Below are positions 9,557-19,760 of a DNA stretch of 64,000 nucleotides, in pieces. Origin of the DNA: Vampirovibrionaceae bacterium NZW_1234 (GTDB lineage Bacteria > Cyanobacteriota > Vampirovibrionia > Vampirovibrionales > JAGQHJ01); the NCBI GenBank assembly GCA_041697335.1, contig JBGUGD010000009.1, positions 32,001 through 96,000 on the forward strand, written 5' to 3'. Within the stretch, counting starts at the first letter, position 1, and each line of letters begins with the position of its first letter. Made by a program: the position numbers and the translations under genes. The notes below the pieces were generated by a model. The model was not told where the DNA came from and made no database searches. It worked only from the letters and a program-made list of their open reading frames with translations.

Positions 9557-11128
9557 ATGACATCATCGTCGGATCATACACAAATTCAGCTATCGCTCGG
9601 TCAGGGCCGCATATTTGTGGTCGATGACGAGCCGATGGTGACGACCAGTATTTGCACCATGCTGTCACTGGAGGCGGACTACGATGTTGAAGGGTTCAAC
9701 TCGCCCTTAAGTGCTCTGGAGGCTGTCAAAAAAGGCCCTGCTCCCGATATTGTCATCTCGGACTTTTTGATGCCTGAGATGGACGGCATCAGTTTTCTGC
9801 AAGAGGTTCGAAAGCTTTGCCCGCAATCCACCTTGATCCTCCTGACCGGCTATGCCGACAAGGAAAATGCCATTCAAGCCATCAACGAGGTTGGGATTTA
9901 TCGCTACATCGAAAAGCCTTGGGATAACGAGACATTAACCCTGGCAATTCGCAACGGGATTGAGCGAACACGCCTGTTGGTCCGACTGAACGAAAAAATC
10001 AGCGATCTGGAAAAAGCCCAGCACGATCTGCGCGAGTATAGCGAACATCTGGAAGAGCGGGTGACCGAGAAGACCCATGACCTGATGCTGGCGTTGGACA
10101 AGCTCAGAGCCGTGGTGGAAAACACTGGGGATGCCATTGTGACCTTGGATTGCGATGGTCACATTGTGGGCGTGAACCCGACCTTTGCCCGATGGACCCG
10201 GCGCTCGCCCGAATTTTTAGAGACCCGCTCCATTGCGGAATATCTGACCTTTCAGAACGGAACCACGCTGGCGGCATTGATAGCCTCCGGCGAGCAGTCG
10301 CAGTTGTTTGAAGGCAAGCTGGGAACGGTCTCTGTGGAGGTTAACTTATCGTTGCTGCCCGGAAATGAAGGTGTGGTCCTGATTTGCCGGGACATGACCA
10401 AACGAAAAGAGGCTGAACGGCTTCGGGAGGATTTTGTGTCCACCTTGACCCATGATTTGCGCACCCCGCTTCTGGCCGCCATTCAGACCATCGACTTTTT
10501 CCTGGACGGAACCTTGGGCGATACCTCGGAGCGGCAAAAGGACATGCTGACCATGATGAAGCAAAACAACCAGCAAATGCTGGAACTGGTCAATGTCTTG
10601 CTCGAAGTGTATCGCTATGAAGCCAGGCAGCAGAAGTTGCTCATGGGTGAATTCAGCTTGAATGAACTGATTGAAGGGGTTGTTTCCGAATTGCAACCCT
10701 TGGCCTTGAAAAAAGAACAACAGTTATCTTTTAATCCCGATTGGGAGCTTCCTACGGTGTTTGGGGATAAGCAAGCCATTCGCCGTGTCCTGGTGAATCT
10801 GACTGCCAATGCCATCAATTACACACCGGCACAAGGCCATATCCGTATCCATACCTCCCAGAATGAAGGTCGGGTTGTGGTCTCGGTAGAAGATAATGGT
10901 CGAGGCATTCCACCGAAGGACCTGGCGCAATTATTTGAACGCTTTGCCCAAGGGACCAGTCGGCATCGAACCACCGGAACGGGGTTGGGGCTTTATCTCA
11001 GCCGCCAGATCATGGAGGCCCATGGGGGGCGAATTTGGGCTCAAAGTGATGTGGGCAAAGGCAGTATTTTTTCGTTTGAACTGGGCAAGGCGGCCGAGGC
11101 CAAGCCCCAGCCGCTGGTATCAGAGTAA
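9557..11128 (+). CDS. Hybrid histidine kinase (REC-coiled coil-PAS-HisKA-HATPase)
   Basis: VVDDE / ISDFLMPEMDG / EKPW receiver; PAS-like region; THDLRTPL H-box; N, G1 (DNGRGI), F and G2 (GTGLGL) boxes. Confidence 0.95.
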   Translation: MTSSSDHTQIQLSLGQGRIFVVDDEPMVTTSICTMLSLEADYDVEGFNSPLSALEAVKKGPAPDIVISDFLMPEMDGISFLQEVRKLCPQSTLILLTGYADKENAIQAINEVGIYRYIEKPWDNETLTLAIRNGIERTRLLVRLNEKISDLEKAQHDLREYSEHLEERVTEKTHDLMLALDKLRAVVENTGDAIVTLDCDGHIVGVNPTFARWTRRSPEFLETRSIAEYLTFQNGTTLAALIASGEQSQLFEGKLGTVSVEVNLSLLPGNEGVVLICRDMTKRKEAERLREDFVSTLTHDLRTPLLAAIQTIDFFLDGTLGDTSERQKDMLTMMKQNNQQMLELVNVLLEVYRYEARQQKLLMGEFSLNELIEGVVSELQPLALKKEQQLSFNPDWELPTVFGDKQAIRRVLVNLTANAINYTPAQGHIRIHTSQNEGRVVVSVEDNGRGIPPKDLAQLFERFAQGTSRHRTTGTGLGLYLSRQIMEAHGGRIWAQSDVGKGSIFSFELGKAAEAKPQPLVSE

Positions 11129-11133
11129 TTCGT

Positions 11134-11361
11134 TTACGGCAGGGATGTCCCCGAACTGATTGGGCCGGCCCAAGGTCCTTGGCTGGTTGTTCCTGGAGTT
11201 TGGACCGACGTTGGTGGTGTTGGAATGGTGGGGCCAAGAGAAGTGGGAGAAGACTTTGTCTTGTCTCTGGGGTCTTGACTGTAGGGAGTGCCGCAATAGG
11301 GTTTTGGGGGATTAGGGGTGCCGCAGATGCGGTTGGACGCGCCAACATTTCCAAATGCCAT
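11134..11361 (-). CDS. Small Pro/Thr/Ser-rich hypothetical protein (75 aa, two CGTP motifs)
   Basis: GGAGG RBS about 9 nt before ATG; fills the gap between kinase and regulator. Confidence 0.55.
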   Translation of the reverse strand: MAFGNVGASNRICGTPNPPKPYCGTPYSQDPRDKTKSSPTSLGPTIPTPPTSVQTPGTTSQGPWAGPISSGTSLP

Positions 11362-11650
11362 ATGTTATGTCCTCCAATGATGCCTTACGTACGATGGCTT
11401 GAATACATCAAGCTATGAGTAAAAAAACATGATTTTTTCAGTTGATGCTAGGATTAAGCAAGTCTTAATGTTAGACCTTCAATGGCTGGAAACATTGAAA
11501 TAGGCTGGTATACTCGTGTTTGTACCAGTGTCCCAATGGGAGTGTCTGCGGGTGTCAACACGACTTGGCCGATGTCACGTATAATGAAGAATGAATTGTG
11601 ATTTTCTAAGTTCTGTAGTCTAAGTCCTGTCGATTAATGAGAGCGTATCC

Positions 11651-12322
11651 ATGGCGATAACCTTGTTTCTGGTCGAAGACCACCAAATGACACTGGTGGG
11701 TCTTAAAATGTTATTGGAAAAGGACGCTGATATTCAGGTAGTGGGTGAGGCCAGTGATGGGTTGACCGCTACAAAGTTGATTCCAGAGAAAATGCCGGAT
11801 GTGGTGTTAATGGATATTGGCTTGCCGGAAATGGATGGTATTGAAGCCACCCAGTTATTAAAAGAATCCCATCCCCAGATGAAAATTATTATGCTAACCT
11901 CCAAAGACAGCGAAGAAGATGTCATGGCGGCCCTGGCGGCGGGAGCAGATGCCTACTGCATGAAAGGGATTCCACCGGAAACGCTGTCAACCGCAATTCG
12001 AGCCGTGAATGAAGGCACGGCCTGGTTGGATCCGGGTATTGCACGCATTGTTCTTGGCAAATTCAAAGGGGTCCAGATGGGTAGCGACGCTGTTCAGCCG
12101 CCCGTAAGCCCGCCGGCAGATTCGCCCCTGACCGAAAGGGAGATGGAAGTGTTGGCCCTGATTGTGGAAGGCTTGTCCAACCCGCAGATTGCCGAGCGTT
12201 TATTTATCACCAAAGCAACAGCGAAAGCTCACGTCCATAGTATTCTTCAAAAACTGTGTGTGGATGATCGGACACAGGCTGCTGTATTGGCAATGCGCCA
12301 AGGATATGTACAACGATTCTGA
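11651..12322 (+). CDS. NarL/LuxR-family response regulator
   Basis: LVEDH, MDIGLPEMDG receiver; LTEREMEVL...GLSNPQIA...HVHSILQKL HTH. Confidence 0.95.
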   Translation: MAITLFLVEDHQMTLVGLKMLLEKDADIQVVGEASDGLTATKLIPEKMPDVVLMDIGLPEMDGIEATQLLKESHPQMKIIMLTSKDSEEDVMAALAAGADAYCMKGIPPETLSTAIRAVNEGTAWLDPGIARIVLGKFKGVQMGSDAVQPPVSPPADSPLTEREMEVLALIVEGLSNPQIAERLFITKATAKAHVHSILQKLCVDDRTQAAVLAMRQGYVQRF

Positions 12323-12530
12323 TTTGACATGTGTTTGGACAGGTAGTGCAAAGAAAGTGCCATTCCCTTGTTGTGATTTCAAAAGGTCTTATTGCTCTCT
12401 ACAGATACCCTTGGGTCGGTGCTTTGGGAATTGCATCCAGAAAATACGGTCGTTAAAGGTTGAAAAATGGCTCTATTGGAGTCATGATGATTGGACCACC
12501 TGTTAAGAGAGTAAGTAGGTAATTGCTGCC

Positions 12531-13673
12531 ATGAGTCAGACATACGCGCTTACCGGTAACCAAATTGTCGCAAGAGCGGCTCTGGATGCTGGTTGTACGT
12601 TTTATGCCGGTTATCCCATTTCCCCCTCCTCGGAGATTGCGGCCGAAATGGCCCGGGAATTGCCCAAGATTGGTGGCGCGTTTATTCAAATGGAAGATGA
12701 AATTGCCAGTATGGCAGCGATTGTGGGTGGAGCCCTAACCGGCAAAAAGTGCATGACGGCCACCAGTGGTCCCGGATTTTCTTTGAAACAGGAAAATTTA
12801 GGCTTTGCCTGTATGACGGAAGTTCCCTGTGTGGTGGTCAACGTCATGCGCAGTGGTCCTTCTACGGGGATGCCGACGTTTCCGGCCCAAGGCGACTTTA
12901 TGCAGACACGATGGGGGACCCACGGGGATCACCCCATTATTGTTTTGGCACCGTGTTTTCACGATGAGCTTTATTCTGAAACCATCAGAGCCTTTAACCT
13001 TTCCGAAAAGTATCGCCAGCCGGTCGTGCTGCTTTCCGATGAAGTGTTGGCACAGATGAGTGCCCGGATTGATATTCCGGATCGCAGTGAGCTGACCATT
13101 GTGGATCGGGCAAAACCGGATACAGCCAATAAAAAAGGCTACAAGCCCTATGATAATAGTCAGCTGGTGCCCCCCTTGGCTAGCTTTTTCGAAGGCTATC
13201 ATTTTCACGTTACCGGCTTAACCCACGACGAATTCGGTTTTCCGACGGAAAATACCAAGCTGGCCCAGACCATGCTGGATCGTCTGAATCGTAAGATTAG
13301 CGAGAATGTGGATGATATCTGCAAGTGGGTGGAGATTGACACGGCAGATGCCGATATTTTGTTGGTCTCTGTGGGCTCTTCCGGTCGCTCAGCCCAGCAG
13401 GCCATGCAGGAAGCGCGTCAAAAGCACGGTTTAAAAGTGGGATTGTTTCGACCTCTGACGGTTTGGCCTTTCCCGGAGAAAGGGCTGCGCGCAGCTGCCC
13501 AAGGGAAATCCCGTGTTATTGTGGCGGAGATGAACGAGGGCCAGATTGCACTGGAAGTGGAACGGGTTTTGCATCGCCCGGTGGAGACAGCGTTGCGGTA
13601 TAACGGCGAAATGATTACACCGGATGATATTCTCAAACAGTTGTTGAAAGAACGAGAAACGGTCGGGGTCTAG
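12531..13673 (+). CDS. korA: 2-oxoacid:acceptor oxidoreductase alpha subunit
   Basis: YAGYPISPSSEI, QMEDEIAS, ATSGPGFSL, RSGPSTGMPT, EMNEGQ. Confidence 0.92.
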   Translation: MSQTYALTGNQIVARAALDAGCTFYAGYPISPSSEIAAEMARELPKIGGAFIQMEDEIASMAAIVGGALTGKKCMTATSGPGFSLKQENLGFACMTEVPCVVVNVMRSGPSTGMPTFPAQGDFMQTRWGTHGDHPIIVLAPCFHDELYSETIRAFNLSEKYRQPVVLLSDEVLAQMSARIDIPDRSELTIVDRAKPDTANKKGYKPYDNSQLVPPLASFFEGYHFHVTGLTHDEFGFPTENTKLAQTMLDRLNRKISENVDDICKWVEIDTADADILLVSVGSSGRSAQQAMQEARQKHGLKVGLFRPLTVWPFPEKGLRAAAQGKSRVIVAEMNEGQIALEVERVLHRPVETALRYNGEMITPDDILKQLLKERETVGV

Positions 13674-13678
13674 AGACG

Positions 13679-14518
13679 ATGAGTAGCAAATTAGCTGAAG
13701 TAGATTATAACGAATACCTTCGGGTCGATCGCCTCCCCACCACGTGGTGCGCCGGTTGTGGCGATGGGGCTATTATGAAAGCCCTAATACGGGCGATGGA
13801 TGAGTTGAAGATCGATCGGGACAACACGGCCATTATTTCCGGTATTGGCTGCTCTGGCCGTTTTTCCGGCTATCTGGATTTTAACACCTTGCATGTCACC
13901 CACGGGCGAACCCTGGCGTTTGCAACCGGAATGAAAATGGCAAGCCCCAAATCCAAAATTATTGTCATCTCCGGTGATGGCGATTCGTTGGCTATTGGCG
14001 GCAACCACTTTATTCATGCCTGCCGACGCAACATCGATTTGACTCTGATCATTATCAATAATTACACTTATGGCTTGACCGGTGGACAGGTTTCTCCCTC
14101 GACGCCCCTGGCCAGCTCGTCCCCAACTGCCCCCTATGGCAGTATCGAGCCTACGTTTGATACGTGTGAGCTGGCCATGGCTGCTGGCGCGTCTTTTGTT
14201 TCCCGTACCGTGGTGGCAAGTCCGCTCCATATGGACAAGATGATGAAAGCGGCGTTATCACACAACGGATTTTCCGTGGTGGAGGTCATGTCTAATTGCC
14301 ATATCAACTGGGGCCGCAAAAACGAGTATGCCGCCGCGGCGGATTTGATCAAGCACTTGAAGGATCAGTCGACCTTCAGTAAAGAGGAAGCCATAAACGA
14401 TGGCAAACATTTGCTGGGGATTCTGGCTCAACGCCCTGAGATGAAAGAATACAGCCAAACGTACTATGACTTGGTAGAACGGGCGAAGGCCAAGGCTGCT
14501 GCGAAAAAAGGAGCATAG
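13679..14518 (+). CDS. korB: 2-oxoacid:ferredoxin oxidoreductase beta (TPP-binding) subunit
   Basis: WCAGCG, GIGCS, HGR, GDGD...GGNHFIHA, NN.TYGLTGGQ.SP. Confidence 0.93.
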   Translation: MSSKLAEVDYNEYLRVDRLPTTWCAGCGDGAIMKALIRAMDELKIDRDNTAIISGIGCSGRFSGYLDFNTLHVTHGRTLAFATGMKMASPKSKIIVISGDGDSLAIGGNHFIHACRRNIDLTLIIINNYTYGLTGGQVSPSTPLASSSPTAPYGSIEPTFDTCELAMAAGASFVSRTVVASPLHMDKMMKAALSHNGFSVVEVMSNCHINWGRKNEYAAAADLIKHLKDQSTFSKEEAINDGKHLLGILAQRPEMKEYSQTYYDLVERAKAKAAAKKGA

Positions 14519-15106
14519 TTGATGAGTAGTTTTGATCGCCTTGAAGCGCGTTTTTGTGGGGTCGGTGGTCAAGGGATTGTTTTGGGCACCACCATCCTTG
14601 CCGATGCGGCCATTTTTCATGAAGGCAAATACGCCGTTCAGAGTCCCACTTACGGCTCCCAGGTCCGGGGCGGCCCAACCAAGGTCGATTTGATCGTGGA
14701 TACGAAAGAGATTCTGTATCCCAAGGCGACGAACATCAATTTCTTTCTGGCCATTGCCCAGGTGTCTTTCAATCGGTATTTTTACGATATTGCCGAAGAC
14801 AGCACCATTCTGGTGGATGAAAACCTGGTGGTAAATATTCCGGACGAGTGGATTAAAGGCACCAAGCGAAAGCTCTTCACGGTCCCGGTGATGGAGATGG
14901 CCAAGCAGGAGTTTAACAATAATATGCTGGCCAATATGATTTGCCTGGGTATCACTCAGGAAGTAACGCAGGTGGTCACCATGGAGCATTTGCTGCAGTC
15001 TGTTAAAAAGCTGGTGCCTTCCAAGCATTACGAGAAAAATGTCGCGGCCCTGGAGATGGGTATCGAGCTGGCCAAGAACCGCAAACGCGAAGAGTTGGCG
15101 GTTTAG
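14519..15106 (+). CDS. korC: 2-oxoacid:acceptor oxidoreductase gamma subunit
   Basis: GVGGQGI, YGSQVRGG, NMICLG motifs; directly follows korB (start 14519 TTG or 14522 ATG). Confidence 0.9.
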   Translation: MMSSFDRLEARFCGVGGQGIVLGTTILADAAIFHEGKYAVQSPTYGSQVRGGPTKVDLIVDTKEILYPKATNINFFLAIAQVSFNRYFYDIAEDSTILVDENLVVNIPDEWIKGTKRKLFTVPVMEMAKQEFNNNMLANMICLGITQEVTQVVTMEHLLQSVKKLVPSKHYEKNVAALEMGIELAKNRKREELAV

Positions 15107-15130
15107 CCCTTCACAGTGATTTTCTACCAG

Positions 15131-15162
15131 AAAAGCCCTCTGATTTTTTCAGAGGGCTTTTT
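15131..15162. terminator. Bidirectional intrinsic terminator
   Basis: AAAAGCCCTCTGA / TCAGAGGGCTTTTT hairpin between convergent korC and the 15342 gene. Confidence 0.85.
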
Positions 15163-15341
15163 GGTTCGAGAAATAAAAGATGAGGGAGTGGGGATATTTT
15201 CAGCAAGTAATTATAGAGTCAATGAGGAAGCAAAAACAAACCAATTGACTTTTTTACGATCCATTCATGTGCCTGGAATCATAACGAGCCAGGTTTTTTA
15301 GCAAACCTGAGGTTATTATGGCGCATGGGGTTTCGTGTCGA

Positions 15342-15953
15342 TTAAGCACCCATCCGAGCGTCACGAATGCCGCCCAGGAGCAAGCTGGCAAACAGTGCTT
15401 GCGGCAACTGGCTCAAAGGATTCGGACTGCTCATGGCTTGAGGGCTTTGAACAAATGTTGGTTGAACTTGATAGGCCGAGGTTCCCCATTGCATTGGACG
15501 AGGCTGCTGTTGTCCGGCAAGTTGGCCAAAGATTCCAGCTAAGCCGCCAAAGAGCATTTGCATGGTGCGGGGGTCTAATGCTGCCGCAGGCGGTTGTTGG
15601 CCCGTGGGATAGGACGGCTGCATCGGATAGGATGGCTGCGTCGGATATGAAGGCTGTGTTGGATATGAAGGCTGGGCCGGGTAGGAGGGGTAACTTGGCT
15701 GGTGTTGGTGGTGCGGCTGCCAGGGTTTATGCTGATGCTGCACCGGATAAAAAATCGGTTGTTGAATAATGAGTGTCGGTGGCACGGGGGCCGGAGCCGG
15801 AGCTGGAGGCGTATAGGTCGGCTGCTGCTGATAGGGTGGAATGACGACCGGAGGTTGTTGAACAACATAGGGTTGACCTCCGCCATAAGGATTAGCGCCA
15901 CCTTGAGAAGGGTAACCTCCATAAGCTTGGGATGGGCTTGAGTTGCTAAACAT
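15342..15953 (-). CDS. Pro/Gln/Tyr-rich low-complexity protein with QPSYP repeats
   Basis: GAGGAG RBS upstream; tandem QPSYP(T/M/A) repeats; C-terminal hydrophobic helix. Confidence 0.75.
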   Translation of the reverse strand: MFSNSSPSQAYGGYPSQGGANPYGGGQPYVVQQPPVVIPPYQQQPTYTPPAPAPAPVPPTLIIQQPIFYPVQHQHKPWQPHHQHQPSYPSYPAQPSYPTQPSYPTQPSYPMQPSYPTGQQPPAAALDPRTMQMLFGGLAGIFGQLAGQQQPRPMQWGTSAYQVQPTFVQSPQAMSSPNPLSQLPQALFASLLLGGIRDARMGA

Positions 15954-16029
15954 TGCTGAAACTCCTCACATGTCTTCTCTCAACACATTACTATTCAATG
16001 TCGGGAACAGTAACTACTCTCTATATTTA

Positions 16030-16061
16030 TATAAAAACAATCTTAAGAGATAATTGTGATA
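16030..16061 (-). promoter_or_regulatory. Conserved upstream element TATCACAA-N12-ATTGTTTTTATA
   Basis: Same bipartite element occurs upstream of the 16378-18054 gene. Confidence 0.6.
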
Positions 16062-16377
16062 GAGTGTTGCTATATGTAAATCTGAATTTGCTGAATTGTT
16101 TTTCGTTGAAAAGCTTGCTATAAGGCTTTTTATTGGAAATCTTATGAATCCGGAAAATGAAACAAAGCATAAAAATTGGCAGTGTTATGTAATTATTTCT
16201 GCATGGTCTGTAAAAAGCGACGAAACACAGTATATGGTTTTCTACCAGAATTAACGCAAGAAAAGAAAAAACCCTCTCAGGTCATGAGCGGGTTGTTCAG
16301 TGTGTGATAATGTGTGTGGGGGATATGAAACGGTATGTTTGGTGTAAGAAAATCTATAAAATGATTCTAATCCTGAT

Positions 16378-18054
16378 CTAGTACTGCGGCGGTGGAGCCG
16401 GTGTCGGCGTCGGACTCGGTGAGGGTCCTGGCGTCGGCGATGGGCTTGGGGACGGCCCAGGGCTCGGCGTCGGGCTAGGACTCGGTGAGGGTCCTGGCGT
16501 CGGTGATGGGCTTGGAGACGGACCAGGGCTCGGTGAGGGTCCTGGCGTCGGTGATGGGCTTGGAGACGGGCCAGGGCTCGGCGAAGGTCCGGGTGCTGGT
16601 GTTGTTCCACCACCACCGCCACCACCGCTTACTGGGGCAGGCGCTGGAGATACGGGTGGGTTCACCGGTGCCGGAGCAGCTACGGGAGTCTCCGCTTCTG
16701 CTTCCGCTGCTTCTTTACGCTTACGGATCAAGTCAATAATCACCAGGACGAGGGCAAACATGGCTCCAGAGTTTTGTTGTGGCGGCTTAGGCTGTGTACC
16801 TCCTGGTTTTGGAGCGCCTGGCTGCTGGCCTTTGATCTTCTCCAAAAGCATCCGGATGAGTTGCGGATCCAGCTGGGGTTGAACAGGGGCAGGCTGTGGC
16901 ATAGGCTGAGGCATGCTTAAACCAGGTGGGATTTGACCTGATGGCCCGGGATTATAGGGAATATAAACGGGCTGGAATAAGACTTGTGGTTGCTGAATTG
17001 GCGGTTGTGTCGGGGCTGGCAATCCCATGATCATGGGAGGTTGCTGACCCATACCAGGCATTCCTGGAAAACCGCCCATTGGTGGCTGTTGACCGAATCC
17101 TGGCATTGGGGGGAAACCGCCTGCCATGGGAGGTTGCTGGCCGAAGCCTGGAACCTGTGGAAATCCACCTAAGGCGGGTTGCTGACCAAATCCGGGAACT
17201 CCTGGGAATCCGCCACCCATCGGAGGCTGACCCATACCGGGCATACCTGGGAATCCACCACCCATTGGAGGCTGGCCCATGCCTGGGAATCCACCGCCCA
17301 TCGGGGGCTGGCCCATGCCAGGGAATCCGCCACCCATCGGGGGTTGACCCATGCCAGGGAATCCACCGCCCATCGGGGGTTGACCCATGCCTGGGAATTC
17401 ACCACCCATTGGAGGCTGGCCCATGCCAGGGAATCCGCCACCCATTGGAGGCTGGCCCATGCCAGGGAATCCACCGCCCATCGGGGGTTGACCCATGCCT
17501 GGGAATCCGCCACCCATCGGAGGCTGCTGACCTAGACCTGGGAATCCACCGCCCATCGGGGGCTGCTGACCTAGACCTGGGAATCCACCGCCCATCGGGG
17601 GCTGCTGACCCATGCCTGGGAATCCACCACCCATCGGAGGCTGGCCCATACCTGGGAATCCGCCACCCATCATGGGAGGTTGCTGTTGTTGTGGTGGTGG
17701 GAAGAAACTACCGCTGCCCATAGGAGGTTGCTGCTGCATGGGCGGGAAGAAACTACCACTGCCCATACCCGGTTGCTGCATGCCTCCGAGGCCAAGACCG
17801 GACATGCTTGGGAAACCGCCACCAAAGAAGGTGGGATTCTCAAACGTTTGTAATGTGGTTGGTGCCTGGTAGTTGGTCCCGAAATCCGGGAGGTACTGCA
17901 TCGCACCAGGACCATTATTTAAGGCAATATTTAAACCAATATTTAAATTCTGCTCATTCCCGTAACCTGACACATCACCATAAAAGGTACCCGTGTTCAC
18001 CTGATTCATGTTTATGGGAGGGGAGAAAGAAATATTGTTGACGTAAGATCCCAT
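16378..18054 (-). CDS. Large Gly/Pro/Met/Gln low-complexity repeat protein with (PSPSPTPG) tail
   Basis: AGGAG RBS; 558-aa open frame through all repeats; hydrophobic helix [13 protein letters not shown] followed by RKRK. Confidence 0.8.
   Translation of the reverse strand: MGSYVNNISFSPPINMNQVNTGTFYGDVSGYGNEQNLNIGLNIALNNGPGAMQYLPDFGTNYQAPTTLQTFENPTFFGGGFPSMSGLGLGGMQQPGMGSGSFFPPMQQQPPMGSGSFFPPPQQQQPPMMGGGFPGMGQPPMGGGFPGMGQQPPMGGGFPGLGQQPPMGGGFPGLGQQPPMGGGFPGMGQPPMGGGFPGMGQPPMGGGFPGMGQPPMGGEFPGMGQPPMGGGFPGMGQPPMGGGFPGMGQPPMGGGFPGMGQPPMGGGFPGMPGMGQPPMGGGFPGVPGFGQQPALGGFPQVPGFGQQPPMAGGFPPMPGFGQQPPMGGFPGMPGMGQQPPMIMGLPAPTQPPIQQPQVLFQPVYIPYNPGPSGQIPPGLSMPQPMPQPAPVQPQLDPQLIRMLLEKIKGQQPGAPKPGGTQPKPPQQNSGAMFALVLVIIDLIRKRKEAAEAEAETPVAAPAPVNPPVSPAPAPVSGGGGGGGTTPAPGPSPSPGPSPSPSPTPGPSPSPGPSPSPSPTPGPSPSPSPTPSPGPSPSPSPTPGPSPSPTPTPAPPPQY
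16395..16595 (-). repeat. Coding tandem repeats PSPSP(T/G)PG
   Basis: Repeated ggctcggtgagggtcctggcgtcggtgatgggcttgg-type units. Confidence 0.85.
17040..17685 (-). repeat. Coding tandem repeat, 36/39-nt units GQ(Q)PPMGGGFPG(M/L)
   Basis: About 13 near-perfect and about 3 degenerate copies with synonymous third-position variation. Confidence 0.9.
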
Positions 18055-18116
18055 GATCTACTCCTAACTCTCTTATCTTCTCTGTGTGACAACACAAGGT
18101 CTAACTCTCTTATGAA

Positions 18117-18147
18117 TATAAAAACAATATTTATGAGTCTTGTGATA
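18117..18147 (-). promoter_or_regulatory. Conserved upstream element TATCACAA-N11-ATTGTTTTTATA
   Basis: Matches the element at 16030-16061; 63 nt from start codon. Confidence 0.6.
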
Positions 18148-18251
18148 TTTCGTAAACATTTATTACACATGGAGGCAGAACACGCACGGCGAAAAGCTTA
18201 GCGCTGATCGGTCATTGACTATGATCAAACAGATGCGAGAGAAATCGCGAT

Positions 18252-19760
18252 TTAAACGTTCACGAAACGGGTTTGGGTTTGCCCTTGTAATGCTTTAAAG
18301 GGGCTGTTTTGAGCAGTCATTTGAAAGCTTCCCAACGGGGAGGGTTGAGGTTTTACAGGGGCTGGTTTTTTCATGTCGTTTTTGAATTTCTCGGGCACCG
18401 GGCCGCGAATACGAGTCAGGAACATAAAGGCCGTGCTGGCGACAAATGCACTGAGGGCAGCAAAACCGGTTAATGCAAAGGATCCGAGATAGCCAAGCCG
18501 CTGAACGAAGGGTAACTTGCTGACCAGCATAAAGGTGGCAGCTGCGGGAATAATACCCAGATACGCCGGGGCAATCATTTCACGTGACGTCCCGCGCTCT
18601 TTCACCAGTTGACGCTGGTAGGGTTGCAGGAACTTGGCGTCAAAGGTGTTGGCCAACAGACCGTACATCAGGAAGACGCCGATGATGCTGATAGGCAGCT
18701 TCAACCAGAAGCCACTGCCTTCAAAGACTTTGGCCAATTTCACCATCTTCAGTTTGCTGGCGCCCAACTCCTTGAATAAATTGGCTGTGGCGGGCGAAAC
18801 CTGTTTTTCATGGCGAAACAGCGGAAAGATGATGTGCTTGTTGACTTCCTGCACCAGTTGTTCCGGTGTGTAGTTGGGTCCCTTGAAGAACTTGCGGAGC
18901 CAGCCGATGGGATTGCGGGTAAATTTATAGGAGTCGCCTTTAATGTAACGGACCAGTTGAACGTCGTTCATGGAAGCCAGTTTTTTAATGAAGGTGCTGT
19001 TCTTTGTGGCCGGATGTTTCGCCAGCATGTTAAGGCGGCGGCGTAGGGATTGCAATGCGTTATCACTGGCTTCTTTCAATATTTTGGCACTATCTTGCTG
19101 GTTTTTTCCCTTGAGGGATTTCCGGACATTGCTCATGACCTGACTTTCATCCAGCTTGTTGAACAGGCTGAAATACCGCTCTTGGCGCCCCAGGTGCTTT
19201 TTCAGCAACCTGGCTTCTTCCTTGGACAGATTCAAATGTTTATCAATGTACTGTGGGGTGTTCATGATCCGGCGCAGATGTTTGGCCAGATCCTGGGTTG
19301 CCGTGATTTCTTTTTTAATTTCCTTGTGCAGGGCGCGGTTCTTGGGAGAGTATTGCACTGCTTCTTTCAGCTTGGCTTGTAGCGCCGGGATGTCACTGGT
19401 TTCCAAAAGATCGGGAACCATATAGTAACTGCGCGAACTGACAATACTCCCCATCATTTTGCCTCGCAGGCTCTTGGGGACTTCTTTCAGGCCAAGCTTG
19501 TCCAGTTCCAGGAATTTCATAAACTGGGGCATGACATAGATCTTTTCCGCCCAACGGTAAGTGCATTCCATGACATAGGCATTGGCCCAGGGCATAAACG
19601 TATCCCGCCACAGGTAGTCGATTTTCCGATCGTTGGGGACGGCTTGGGGCATGCCGAAATCTTCGGACGACACCCGGGCAATGCCTCGGATATAGGAACC
19701 AAAGTTCCCCATCTGGGTCAGAATACGGCCAGCCATAACCGGGTTTACGAGGAAGTTCAT
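18252..19760 (-). CDS. Hypothetical Lys-rich membrane protein
   Basis: 502 aa, about 3 C-terminal TM segments; start overlaps upstream stop (ATGA). Confidence 0.75.
   Translation of the reverse strand: MNFLVNPVMAGRILTQMGNFGSYIRGIARVSSEDFGMPQAVPNDRKIDYLWRDTFMPWANAYVMECTYRWAEKIYVMPQFMKFLELDKLGLKEVPKSLRGKMMGSIVSSRSYYMVPDLLETSDIPALQAKLKEAVQYSPKNRALHKEIKKEITATQDLAKHLRRIMNTPQYIDKHLNLSKEEARLLKKHLGRQERYFSLFNKLDESQVMSNVRKSLKGKNQQDSAKILKEASDNALQSLRRRLNMLAKHPATKNSTFIKKLASMNDVQLVRYIKGDSYKFTRNPIGWLRKFFKGPNYTPEQLVQEVNKHIIFPLFRHEKQVSPATANLFKELGASKLKMVKLAKVFEGSGFWLKLPISIIGVFLMYGLLANTFDAKFLQPYQRQLVKERGTSREMIAPAYLGIIPAAATFMLVSKLPFVQRLGYLGSFALTGFAALSAFVASTAFMFLTRIRGPVPEKFKNDMKKPAPVKPQPSPLGSFQMTAQNSPFKALQGQTQTRFVNV

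Noticed and set aside
17040..17685. 36-39 nt repeats as a possible CRISPR array
   Set aside because: Contiguous coding repeats without spacers.
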